From contig NMRA01000087.1 of the NCBI GenBank assembly GCA_002633005.1, forward strand, positions 248,001 through 312,000: a stretch of DNA of 64,000 bases, read 5' to 3'. The translations under genes and the position numbers were made by a program. This document shows, in pieces, positions 13,749-26,375 of this stretch. Position 1 is the first letter of the stretch, and every line of letters begins with the position of its first letter. The DNA is from Phoronis australis. Taxonomy: Eukaryota; Animalia; Phoronida. The notes below the pieces were generated by a model. The model was given only the letters and a program-made list of their open reading frames with translations. It had not been told where the DNA came from and searched no databases.

Positions 13749-14068
13749 GAACTAAGAGGTGGGAAACAAAAACGACGCCAGAGTGCAACATGAAAGAGAC
13801 GTTTCGGCATCAATCAAATATCATCCTCAGTAGCTATTCACATACAGGCCCTACATGCTGAGAGGTCATTCAATACAAATGTTGCAGCATGCAGGTTGGG
13901 GTTGTAGTTTTAAGTTGACAGATATTGTACCATGCATATGACGTGAACATTTTGTTACCATGTTTTGCTTTTGTCTACTATTGTACCCGAAGATGATAAC
14001 TGGTTAATATCGAAACGTCGTTTTCATGCTGCATTCTAGAGTAGTTTCTGTTTTCCACTTCTTACTTC
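13749..14068. mobile_element. Inverted (palindromic) Penelope-like terminal-repeat remnant with hammerhead-like cores
   Basis: About 85-bp imperfect inverted arms. Each arm carries CTGANGA..stem..GAAACGTC: minus strand CTGAGGATGATATTTGATTGATGCCGAAACGTC; plus strand CCGAAGATGATAACTGGTTAATATCGAAACGTC. Confidence 0.55.
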
Positions 14069-17000
14069 TAATCTGGCCTAAACTTAATATTAATCTCACG
14101 AATACACCTTTATCCACACACACTAGCCGGGTGGAATGATTATTTTACTCTTAACCCATCAGACCAGAGAGAAGGTTTCGTGTGCAATACACGGTTGCAA
14201 CAATACACGTAACCACAATTACCATCTGCAGATGAACGCGATTGACAGATGATTGGTCTAATGAGACATTTGATGCCGCGATGACCAATAAAGCTGACAG
14301 AATAAACTTTCGTAGGAATTTCCTGTATGACGACATCCTCATTGTGACAAAACTCAACAGACAACGTTTTGTGTGTAGCGGGACAAGCATTTACTAATGA
14401 GAGCATTCCCTACCTTCGAATTCAACCCTTTCTGTTGTGAGAAAGGGAGAATAGGATTCTTAGTTGCGGTTTAAAAAGCAGTAGGTATAAAACATGAGGT
14501 TGAATTACTGAGGAGAGGAAACGTGCCAAATGTAAACGGATGAGCAAACCATTTTGTTCACCACATGAACGGGATAAATTTAGCTCTCGGTACATGTACA
14601 TAACAGATATACATCTGAAGAATCCAATTTCACTGCAGAAAGGTTCTCACTAGAGATCATACGTAATTACACTGGTGCCAAGTCATGACAGACGAAAAGT
14701 TATGAGTGTCAAACCCGGACGCTACGACGTCACGAACTTTGACAAATACCTGAGACATTCAGCTTGAGAGATAAGAAAAGATTGCTAAGTATGGGAAGAA
14801 CGTGAAAGGCTTTAAGCATTTCCACAGGTCTCCACAAAATCGTAGGAACACGAATTTAAAATCAACTTACCAATGTGTTTAGAAAATCAAAAAAGTTTGT
14901 TTAACAATAAAAGACATTAATCTGATTGTATAGAATAGATAATTAAAATATTTACTTATTGCTGTCTAGATTACATAACGTTGTAATGCAAGGTCAGTAG
15001 TCGAACAAATAACAGCCCGACTTTGTTTGCAAAAAAGATAAACTTATCCGGGTTTAGATTATTTGCAGAATGACGACGAAGTACGCTGTCGTTCTTTTGA
15101 GGATTGGTCTAGCCTCGTCTATTGCAGTATTAATTTATTTGCGTCAAATTCCCGATTGCTTTCTCACTGTGGGGAGTTTATCAAATCAGGAACCATTAGT
15201 TTGGAGCTGGACAGATACCCATATTCAAACCAAAAGGGTTAAAGTCTCGAGAGAATTTAAGCCTCCCGAGAAGTAAATGAGAACGAATACAACGGAATTA
15301 AGAGAAAATCACGCACTCAATTGTTGAATGCGTAGTTGGTAAACCGTTGGCACAGCTAGTCTTGTAAATGCATTTTTCCATTGAATATTTAGAATTATAT
15401 TTCCGAAATATACTGACAGAACGAAACTAACAACATTTTGGAGGTTGATTTTCACGAGTACGGCTGTAAACAAACTAAACAAACTGGGTATTATGAAATG
15501 AACTCTGTGATTAATCTCTGTTGATCCTTTATTCAGCCAAACCATGGAGCCGTTGCCGTAATTTGATTTTATCCACTGAGTTTCATTAGAGTAGAATGTG
15601 GCTTAACAAGAAGAACGTGCGTTTTGGAGCTCTCCTTAGCACTAGCCCTGCAATAACCGTTCTCAACACACTGGTAAGGTATCGAATACAATACCTAGGA
15701 TCTCAATGTATACGTCTTTGATTAGGATAACGGTGCCAATAACGGCATCGGGGCATTATTCATTTGTTGTAAAGGAACGCGTAAAGATTCGCTAATGGAA
15801 CATTTAGTATAACGACAATTTAGCGATACTTTATCTAAAGGTTAAGTAACACATTCCCCCGGCAGATATTAAACAGACTCCTACAAAAGCGAACAAACAT
15901 GAACTTCAGTAAAAAGCTGACGCGCACATGATCTTCCCTTGTTTTGACCAGTGGCGGGTGTCGGAATGGTTGATAAACAAACATTTATCTTCATACTTAA
16001 CATTGATAAACCAATATTGTATGTGCAAAGACGCTTGACGGATGAGCTCGTGGGTCAATGTGAACCACAGACGCGATGAAATCAGTTTCTGGGTTTACGC
16101 AGGAATTTCAATTAGTGCATAAGCGAAATGGAGATGAAGGCTGGTTGAAAATAGAAAACCCAGATCTCGACGATTTCAAAGAGCACAATGGAAAGTAATT
16201 CAGCCATTGGTAAAGAAAGTTGACGGATGCTAATTTGAATAGATGTTTTAAGCAGATTTAAGCATTGTGAGCTTGTCACCCAGAAATTCTATTTTGTGGA
16301 GCTTTTTGAAACACTGAGAGTGGAGTGAACAGCAACAAAACAAATATGTTTTGTAGATTCAAGTCTTAGGCAAACATTTCATTTGTTAAAACATGCGGTG
16401 TTGATCCGAATAAAGGCTCTAGGCTACTAAACACAAAAGTTAGAGGATATGACGTCAGTGGAGAAGCATGACAAAAAACAAACGCTCCAGCATGACACTT
16501 ATCTGCCTCTGATGCTCTCACTTGTGAATTAAATATTTCCTCTGTTTTCAGGTATTTGGGCTACACAGGCTTTCACAAAAACGACATACCCTGTTAGACT
16601 TTTGGGTCTGTGAATCTCAACACACAACACCTATTTTGACAATGTATCTTCGATACCTAAGCTTGTGGAAGTTCGAGAAAGTTCTCGTCAGCGTTTGATT
16701 CACAAAGAAAACTAACAAACTTTCAATTTCAGATGCAAAAATTCATGAGCTCTTAAGTATTTACAGACTAAACTATACTGAATGCACAAAATATCTTCTC
16801 TCGGATCTCCTTCGACTCGTGCTGCTGCTGCGTAGACAGATCGTGAAACTGAAAGTGCCTGTTATTTCAATCATGGCACCAAACACTTTGGTGGCTCACG
16901 ACGTTTATTTTTTCTTAACAAAATAATACCAGCGACATCCCAGAACAAAGGGTGAATCTTCAAAATGAGATCAATGCCGTCTATTGTTGTGTAGAGCAGC

Positions 17001-17705
17001 ATATTACACAATGCGTTATTTTTAACACTTGACTTAACACAATAAACACTTGTGGAGACGCACTGTATCGGTCTGCGTCTCTAGTAATCTCAAGACAGCT
17101 CATCACGTTGAAAGCTAGCCGAGCCTTTCATTTTATGGCTGACCTAATCAGGACCTCGTGTGATATGCCCTAGGGGTAATAATAACGATGGGAAGTCAGG
17201 ACGAGTATTTATAAAACAGAAATTTTAAAACGTCTTTCTTATCAAGTGTAAACCCGCGTATAGTATTTCCTGGTGAAAGTGAGCAAGCTGAATGGTGGCT
17301 ATTAGCTGCAAACAAAACGAATTGGTGGTAAACGGGATGTGCACCGTCTAAAATATGGCCCGTGTACTACAAGGTGGAAAGGCTTGGCGGTCAGCGTACG
17401 ATTTGATTAAGACCATACGCGAACCAACCTATGGCGTAACTGATGAAAAACATACGCTGGGGCACGAGCGAACCCCGTATAATAACGACCGCATAGCGCG
17501 GCAGTAACCGCCCACGACACATATAGGCCTAAACCCTAATCAAACAAACCCAATTAAAACAAAGTTAATTTAAACGTCCCCGGGCTAAATAAAAAGTAAC
17601 ATAAAAAATGCACGATTAGGAAGCTACAGGATTACATATAAGGCAAAGCGATATTCAATACCTGCGAAATGGTGTCTGGCTGGGTGTGAAGGGCGAAAGA
17701 CTTAC

Positions 17706-17804
17706 CCTTTGAACGGTTAAAGGAACGCTGAAATCCGCACCGCCCTGGAGTCGAAACCCCCACGGGACATCAGAACTGGATCTCTGAAGCCAGACCGTCT
17801 CCAT
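17706..17804 (-). CDS. PDZ protein A (ALP/Enigma, PDLIM/Zasp-like), first coding exon
   Basis: ATG at 17804; translates METVWLQRSSSDVPWGFRLQGGADFSVPLTVQR (33 codons) with the PWGFRLxGG signature of PDLIM/Zasp PDZ domains; ends at a phase-0 AGG|GTAAGT donor. An in-frame upstream ATG at 17879 could add 25 aa (one N base lies in that stretch). Confidence 0.9.
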
Positions 17805-20800
17805 TNTGTCGATATCCTCGTGTTTAATCGTCGGCACAGTCGTGAGCAGTTTACCCCATACACACTCGCCAGAAGCCATTTTTCTGAACTCAGGGACAAG
17901 AAGCCTCGTTTTCAATCGGGTCGACAGTGGCGCCGCTAAAGTGTGCAAGTAGTGAATTGCAAGCAGATTTTGACGAAATTTGGTCAAGAATACTGGTGTA
18001 TTTCCCCGATAGTGCCAGGAAAACGGTAATACCCCGCAAATACCAAGACCAGACTGATCTAGCCGTCTGTCGAGTGGAGAGCGAATGGAAAATGTAAACA
18101 GAGTGGAATGTTTTGATTTTAAACACTGATGAATAGCGGCCTCTAACGGATCATATGGAACTATTTCAGGGCAACACTGGGATTCGCCGGTGCAAAAGAT
18201 ACCTTAGTTATAATTGCTGGTAAAGGGTCTTTTTTGCTATTTGATAACGCTAGTGATCGCTTGTGACATTGTTATTTCTCGGCAGTTTTTACATCAGCGT
18301 GATTTTATTCGTTTCCTTGGCTCATGGTAAGGAATTGTTAGTTTAATCGGATTTCTTCTAGACCACGACCACTGACGCTCATCTTAGTGGCCAACAACGG
18401 CCAACATCGCTGTTTCTAAAATGTACAGCAAGCGACTTTGCGATCCAACAATTCCTCAGCTATGGTTTTGACATTATTCAACGATTTGTTACTGAAAATT
18501 TCAATTCAATGTTTTTGTCCAACGCCGTTTGACTCACGTAGTGGATTACGTAGCTCAGACATGGCGAAAGTTATAGGATGTGCTTCAAATTTTAGAATGA
18601 AAAATAAAATGTGAAAACTAACTTCAGATATAATTAGATAAGCGGAATATGCAAACTTTATACAAATGAATAAGCCTGGCTAGCAAAATTTGAAAATGAA
18701 TTCTAACATCAGATGTTCGACAATTTGAAGGGTGTCTCAAATTTGATGATATACGTAACTGATCGGTGGAAGGCTATGGAAAATATGATATAAAACTGGA
18801 GTTCAACTTACAGATTTTTCGTAAAAGCAATCCGGAATTAGATGAATAATGAACTAGCCTTATTGCAAAACCCAACTGGTTCTCCATTAGCACAACGGAA
18901 TCAATTCATTGCCGGTCGTTTTTCTAAATATATCACACAGCGAAAACCTCATCTTCGCTTGCTCTTCCGAAAGGAAACCTGATACGCCTACAACCTGAGC
19001 AGAGCATATTGCTTAATAATAACATGCCCTACCTCACATAGAACCAACGTAAACACATTAAACACCGTCATGGCCAACCTAAGACCGCGACTGGGAATTT
19101 GTCGGAAGTTCTAATTTTCAGTTGTCATGTTGGACACGATCGATCGGGTGCAGCTAAACTAATTTTAACACCTTCACTGTGAATTTGTTAAAAACGAGCG
19201 TTCCGTCGATTAAACTAACTTTTGATTTAGAGCACTTACCGCTATGAAATTGGTCTCACCTTGCTCATTACTCTGTTGAGAAGTGATTTTGGTCTTGCAA
19301 GGAATGGGTTGTTCGTCAGCCCTCGAGCACATGCTCGTCGTTCAAAGTGACACGCCGTGACCAACCAACTTGTAGAGCCTTGTCTCGTGCAATAACGAAC
19401 TGTCAGTTCTCTCCAACTTGAAGCCCAGAAATCACATCTATTTTGACTATGAAACAAATCTCGTAACCGTAAGTGGTCAAAATCAAAAGCTGTTTTTGTT
19501 GCGGAAGGCCGGTCGATAGCCGTTTTGAATATAATCATTATTCTGTTTTCATCGATTTTAAACACAGGTTGAGTTCCACCAATGGATAAAGAATCACAAA
19601 ATAGGAATATTTGATAAACTCAGCCTTGTGAATTGTGAACATACTTATATTCATATTAGAAAATCATCTTCAACTAAACTACGCTTGCAGACATCCTTTT
19701 CTTCATTTTCATCAATTCAGAACACGAACTGAGTTTTATCAATCACTCAGTGACACAGGGATATTTCGCAAAGTGTTTGTGTCTCTTACAGAACTGTCAG
19801 CGTGTCAGTGACATGATATTTCGTAAGAACAGCCTTGGCTGTATGTGTTTGCGATTCTTGACTGCCATTGCCTCCAAGATGATGAAAGGGAGGTTCGGCA
19901 ATACTTGATTTCGTCGGCCACTTCAGGGTGCGTCACTCAAAAAATACAAAAGAAGCAATTGCAGAAGCATAGTATAATTATGACTTGTTTTAAAAAGGAT
20001 GTCCTGTTGAAAGAATATTGTTCTAGGAACAAATTTTTACTAAAATGGTTCGTGTTAATATTCGCATGATGAAGCTTTCAGTAATTAACTCAGTTTATAT
20101 CCAGGGCACATGTCTCGATCAATGTTGAAGTTATATTACAAATATGATTTATTGGACGCCAAATAGTCAAGACCACGTATTCGCCCCTATCCTGTTGTAA
20201 CTACATGTATAAAATGGTGATCAAGACTCCACCTGGTGGCGAATAGAAGCTCTTTATGTGAGTACTAATATCACGGCAAAATCTGACCACGAGAACAGAA
20301 GTCGAAAATGCTGAATTTCAAGGATACTTCTCAAGGTTAAAAATATTTCATGGATATGATTACCGTTGTGTCATGCACTTTCAAGCCATAATTTAGAGCC
20401 GGGGCAAACTTAGGAAATGAGTCGTGTAAAGCGGCAACGGCGACAATGAAATGTAAATAAAATAAGCAAAATTAAACAAATTACACAAACCTATCTCAGA
20501 CAACACTTCAACAAGTGTGCAGAGCTTTTAATAAAAAACAATTTGACTTCCGTACGTGAATGTGTGTTTCTTTTGCATTTATTTCCAACAATATCCGTGA
20601 GGCCAGTGACCCTCGACTTCCCCCAGCTGCTGAACCACGTGATCTTCAGGTACAGCCTTACGCTAACAAGGTCACTTCAGCCGTCACCTAAATTTAGAGT
20701 CCAGGTATGCTGTTTATCATACATCACTGTACTTTGGAAATAATTTCCCCCAAATTGCATAGGTGTTGTAATTATCAGTCGATCGTAATTTTAAAGCGAA

Positions 20801-23800
20801 TTTGACCATCAAGGAAAACAATTTCGTGTAACTATGCCGTCGATTGGCCAAAACCGTTTAGAGTTTTTGAGAACTATGAGGGAATTCATTCGGTTAATTA
20901 GCAGAAAATGGAAATATCACAACCTTTTCCAGAATAAGTTCAAGTTCACGCTTAAAATTAATCGTAAGTATAAGAATGAATGAACTCGTCCAGCGCTCAG
21001 TTTTGTTCCCAAAGGGTTATTCTAGAGAGATTACTCCTTCACGTGCTTCGTCTCTTCGCCTCTTTTTCTCATATATACTCAGGAGATTAGCCCTTGACTT
21101 TTTCACACCGGCTTTGATCAGTACTACATGTACATACCGATCCCGTCGGACATTATTTAGCGCCGAAAAACGCATTTCAGTGATTTTTGATGGGCGGGAT
21201 ACAAAATTCTTGAAGTAATTAGCTTTGACCAGTGGTTTAAAACAACAACTTATACGTTGTGTTATTGTGACTTGTGGTGATTTGCCTGAGATTCGCTGAA
21301 ATCAAAGCCGGTGACTTAAACTATCGAACGCGTAGGCTACTTAGATTTAGCTCAGTGGCAAAACGTTCGGCTACTAATCGATTTGGCGCTCCTGCTAATT
21401 CTTGAAGAATTACTTTGCTCGCCGAGAATGCCCCTTTAACGGCGTCCAGCAGTAAAACAGCAGATACGTTGCCACCTCATTCTCAGTTGTCCTTGACTGG
21501 AAGCCTTTGTTAGGTATTGACAATTTATGATAAGGTCCCAAAAACACAAAAGATTTAATTCAATGTAGCTCTGGTCAAAACTAACACTTTCAGCAGTCAA
21601 TCTTATCCAAAATAACCCAAAAAATGCGTTTTCGCCCATTAAATAGACTGTAAGCTTTTAATCCAAAGCATTCCAGGTTACATGACATCATTGACGATAG
21701 TATTCTGCTAACGTCCTAGCATACATTCTAGCTTGCAACGATTCGCTCGGTTTACACACTGAACACCTGCGCGGTTGGGTAATGCGAAACTGAGTTTTTA
21801 ACCCCACGTCCTCCATTCCCGCGACCTCTCATGAGAGCGTTTCTAATGTTTTCTCACACCCTCCGTCCTGAGTGATCATGAAGAGCAATAGAAAGTAAAC
21901 GTTATTACAAAAATGAGCCTTAACGTGGGTCCCTCCTCTCGGTAATTTCCCGTCACATAACAGTAGGGATGGGATTACTAAACAGTTTGGCGGATCAGGG
22001 AACGAATGGGGGAAATATACTCAGAAGTATTAACAATGAAGCCAGTGTATTTTTCACAATATTCGCACAATCACTCAATAGACAACCCGAAACCTACCCT
22101 GTAAGTAGAATAGAAGATGAAATAGAAATTCATAGTCATATTGCAGAAATCCAGTTACATAAGAAATATTCCGAATTTGTCCGGTCAGCGCAAAAATGTG
22201 GAACACAGTCCGTCATTACAAAATCAACATTTACGATTTTTTTCAGGCATTCCGAAATGCTGGAAAGTCGATGTTCGAAAAGTTTATTTTCAAGTATCAC
22301 AATTCAAAATTATTTGGAGCTGGGCTACGAAACTCTAATCTATCAAATTCGACCAAAGACCATAGTTGGTTGTGGGCTGATTTTTATAACTGAGTTGGTG
22401 GTGCTCACTTTTTCACAAAAAAATCCACTTGAGATGAGCAAAGAGGCATCGCTTAGCAAATCATGGCGTTTCAAACGTTGTTTACCCTTTGAGCAGTTTG
22501 TCAAAAAACAAAAAACAAAACAAATCATAACACGTGAGATCTTGCTTTAAACTGATGCTGGTGGACGTTTTTTTAGTCGGTGAGAACAGGTCTCAAAATG
22601 AGTCGGGGTACAGATCAGCTGTGCTAACTTTTGCATACAAAGGCTTTTCGACTTTTCAATGCAAGAACTCAAAGATCAGGATATATCACTGCACATACCA
22701 CAGACACCGCGCATGCGTATAGCTAGAAGTTGAAAAACAGCAACCAAAACGAAAATTTGAAACTAAAGCAGTTGCTCATGTCTACAACACCATTCGCAGT
22801 AATTTGCCCGAAGGCGATCATGAAGCGCACTAAACAACGACAGCCTACTTTCTAAATTCGTCCACAGAGGGCGACCTTCGTTATTTTCCAACGCGGTTGC
22901 CGAGATTGGAAACATGTAATTATGATTAATGCCAAAAAGCACTAAACGTTCAAAGGCTAGCGTTCTTAAGGAGATATAAAGAGCAACAGCAATTTGAAAC
23001 AGACAATAACATTTTTTTTCATTTTAGTTCTACCTCATCAAGGGTTATCCAGTAAACACATTGCATTTTCCGACAATAGTACACATATTTCGCAACACAT
23101 TAGCGTCGGTAGGAATCCCTGTAAAGCATGTTTTCTAAATTCGTGGAAGATCAACCTTTCAGACACTTTTTTCTTTATTTAGATTTTATACTCTTGCCCA
23201 TAAATATTACTAGGACCTGGAGTCTAATATCTGTACTGGATATCTAACTCGGAATTATTTTTTTAGCATTTTTCGTTTTACTTTGTGCTATCTCAAGTAA
23301 GTGCCTCTTATTCTATGATTTACGTGGATGATTGACTGTCGCAAAACCCTGCGAATAAGTGTATGCGCCTGTATGATAAATGTTGCATTTCTTCTTTATA
23401 AATGTTTCATACATTGGCGCATACGTCTAAACTCTGCAATTAGGCGGATGCAGGTCTCCTTTTACAGGCGCACCTTGGTGGTTCGATTATAGGCGCACCT
23501 TGAATATTTTAAAAAATACAACAAACCATTCATATAACGCATGGCGTCAGTGATATTCTGGGTTAAATAAAAGGGTTAGAGTAATCGTAAATTACTAAAA
23601 ATATAGTTTTAAAAATCATAACTGATCTAAAACCTTAAGTCGTAATTATCTGTAAACTGAAGTACAGGTTTATGCAACACTGGCTTTACATTCAAGTTGC
23701 GCCTATTTCCGGTGCACATCAGGGCAATTTCTACTCAAACGCTCTGCACATGCGCACAATTGCGGGGTTTTACGGTAATCCTACTTCGCCCTTAATGACC

Positions 23801-25154
23801 CCTGTGATGAAGCTTGAGTCTGATCTCGAAATTTCAAGTTTCTACTCGAATCCTTGAGTTTCACTCGATTTTTTACCTCCAATTTAGGGTCTTGCATCAA
23901 GTGCGAATTTGGATCAGATAATAAGCGTAAACCATAAATTACTCAAGCACAGAATATTAGAAACCTATCTCGAGTTCCCAAAAATGTAGGAAACGGAAAT
24001 TAATGTTGAGTTCTATTTCGAAAATGAAATCCCCCGGGGCAATACGGTGTAGTCTGCATGGTCGAGCATCGGACTGCTCGATTAAAATGACCCCACTTAT
24101 TTTATAAAATGTCAACGTTTCATAGATTTATTTTCGTAACGTAATCGTTAATTCATTGATCTGTGACCTTTTTAACCAAAAATAATCTAAATAAAATATG
24201 AAACTTTTGTAGAAACTTTTACCAGGAGCACTGTAAGCGCGACAATCTTTTGACCAAAATATCAGCTACTTTGCTTGACCTTCCTGCTACAAGCACAGCA
24301 GACCATTCTCAGACATGAACAGCCTCCTTTGTTCATTTTTCCGCTAAGTATCACGTGTAAATGTACTAATTACGCAAGTCTGTCATGGGGGAAGATAGCC
24401 TAAACTGATTCTGAATTCTACACAAATTTCGGCACACAACCCAGAGACCATTGTTTTCTATTACTTCTTCCGGTGTTGGCACAAGATTTCGTGTCTGACA
24501 TTGAAAAACTACCCAGGGTCACGTGCTTCCCGGTCACCCGGGTCCCCTGCATCATAAGGCCTTGCTGAGACTCGACGTATTTAGTGAAACAAATGCAAGC
24601 GCACATTTTTATGAGGTCTGTTTTAGAAAATAAAAGATCAACTGAAATATTTTGATGTTTTGATTAATGAAAAACAAATGAAAACACACAGGAATGAACC
24701 GATGAGACTTTTTGGCCTAACTTGGCCATTCGTTCGTCAATCTCCTTAAAGAGTCCGATCGGTCAGACACATTTCATAGAAGCTCTTATCTATTTAACAG
24801 CTAAACAGTACTTGTGTTCTACAACCGAGTTCATTGCTCAAACGCAGGCTCTACCATTTGGACTGCTGCAAATGGCTGTGGCAAGACCCATTACGTCATC
24901 GGAATTGTAAAACCAGATGCCACTCATCTCTCGTTAATCACTAACCACGCAAAGGCGAACATTCTACCTTAATGAAACCCGTTTAACCAAAATATAATTC
25001 AGTTACAGGGCCCGCAATCCGGGTATTTCTGGAGAGCAGACGATATATTAGATTCACGGAATTCCTCAGTTCGTATTTCCAGTGAGCCTCGTTGTCGAGC
25101 CTGGTAGACCTTCTAGCCTGGGTGCGCGGAGTATGGAATAAACCTATCCAGAAT

Positions 25155-25271
25155 ATGTCGGGACTATACAACGAATTTCAAGTACGCCTCTACAGGGATG
25201 GGGCTGACACCGCCTGGGGCTTCCGTCTGCAGGGAGGGTCCGACTTCAAAACGCCTCTGACAGTGCAGAGG
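25155..25271 (+). CDS. PDZ protein B (ALP/Enigma, PDLIM/Zasp-like), coding exon 1
   Basis: ATG at 25155; MSGLYNEFQVRLYRDGADTAWGFRLQGGSDFKTPLTVQR (39 codons); AGG|GTGAGT phase-0 donor at the same protein position as in gene A. Confidence 0.9.
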
Positions 25272-25967
25272 GTGAGTAGTGAGTTTTTTGCTTGCAGACG
25301 ACAACGACTATATATGGTATGGGAAAGCCACCAGTCAATAGATTAACTTAAATTTGATACCTGTTCTATCGATGGCTAATCTGGAGAAACCTGGTTTGCA
25401 TTTCTTAGATTTTTTTGTATGGTATACTACTGTATAGCATTATTAACAACAATGAGTAAATTCTTCAGTTATTGGTTAGCAGAAAAATTGTTTCCTGTTT
25501 ATAAGGGCTCTAATCCGTAGTTTGTTGATTCAGGGAGATAACATCATGGACTAACGCATCCACATCATCTGTGTAATTTAGCAATTAGCTTCGCAGAGAT
25601 TGGTTTGTGTTCGTGAAGCTCTCTGTTGATTCGACTCTAGGTTTGCAACGTGCAAAATGCATTTTTAGAAACATAACTGAATCACTGAAGGTCTAAGTGT
25701 GTGCTCTATGTACGGAATGTGTTCTTATTGACTCGAGGCTACGTTTTGAGCTGTAAAACTGTCCAGGACACCTCAAATGTTGTTCTAATCTCATTCGCAT
25801 GTTTACATTACTCACTTTTGCGTATTGAAGGGGCACTGATTTGTTTATTGTAAACCTTGAGCTGTAGGTCAGAGCTTGGGCCATTGCGGAGAAATGCATG
25901 CTCATCTCATTACGCGTTCTCTGTAATTGTGTTTAAGATTATAATTTTGATTTGTGAACACGAAACA

Positions 25968-26375
25968 ATGTATGTATGGACCTATGCAGTAGAAATGTCA
26001 GCAAGCATGTACGTGTGTATGTACGTATGTGTAAATGTATGTGAGTATGTACGTATGTATTTACGTATGTAAGTACGTGTGCGTCCATGTATGTATGTAT
26101 GTGTATACGTACGTACGTACGTACAAAAGCACTTATAACAGATAATATTTATTAGTCTTCTAACACGCCAAATTTTCGCCACACGGCGTGAAGACTTATA
26201 ATTATTACTTATACGACATCAACGCGCTGATTTATAACAACACGGTTGTATACGTATAACATAAACACATATGAATATATGCAAGTGCATACGTACCTGC
26301 GCACTGATGTATGCATGCATGAATTTGTGCGTGTGTGAGTGTAGGTAACGCATGTATGCATATTTTCCTTTGTAT
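25968..26375. repeat. Degenerate (TGTA)n/(TACG)n microsatellite region
   Basis: Runs such as TATGTATGTATG and TACGTACGTACG; explains the low-complexity ORFs there. Confidence 0.85.

Noticed and set aside
17805-17987. Extended N-terminus of gene A in the 110-aa ORF
   Set aside because: Family PDZ domains normally start within a few residues of the Met, so 17804 fits best; the upstream stretch contains an N and cannot be validated, so it is noted only as an option.
21969-22550. Longest ORF in the track (193 aa)
   Set aside because: No recognisable domain, AT-rich repeat-like composition and no convincing splice context; probably a chance ORF in a non-autonomous repeat.
23425-24110. Direct repeat AGGCGCACCTT and hairpin GTCGAGCA..TGCTCGAT suggesting a rolling-circle element
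   Set aside because: Ends could not be defined and there is no second copy in the window.
17880-25150. Muscle promoter elements (CArG/MEF2) for the bidirectional spacer
   Set aside because: I found no clean consensus CArG or MEF2 site near either start, and transcription starts cannot be placed from sequence alone.
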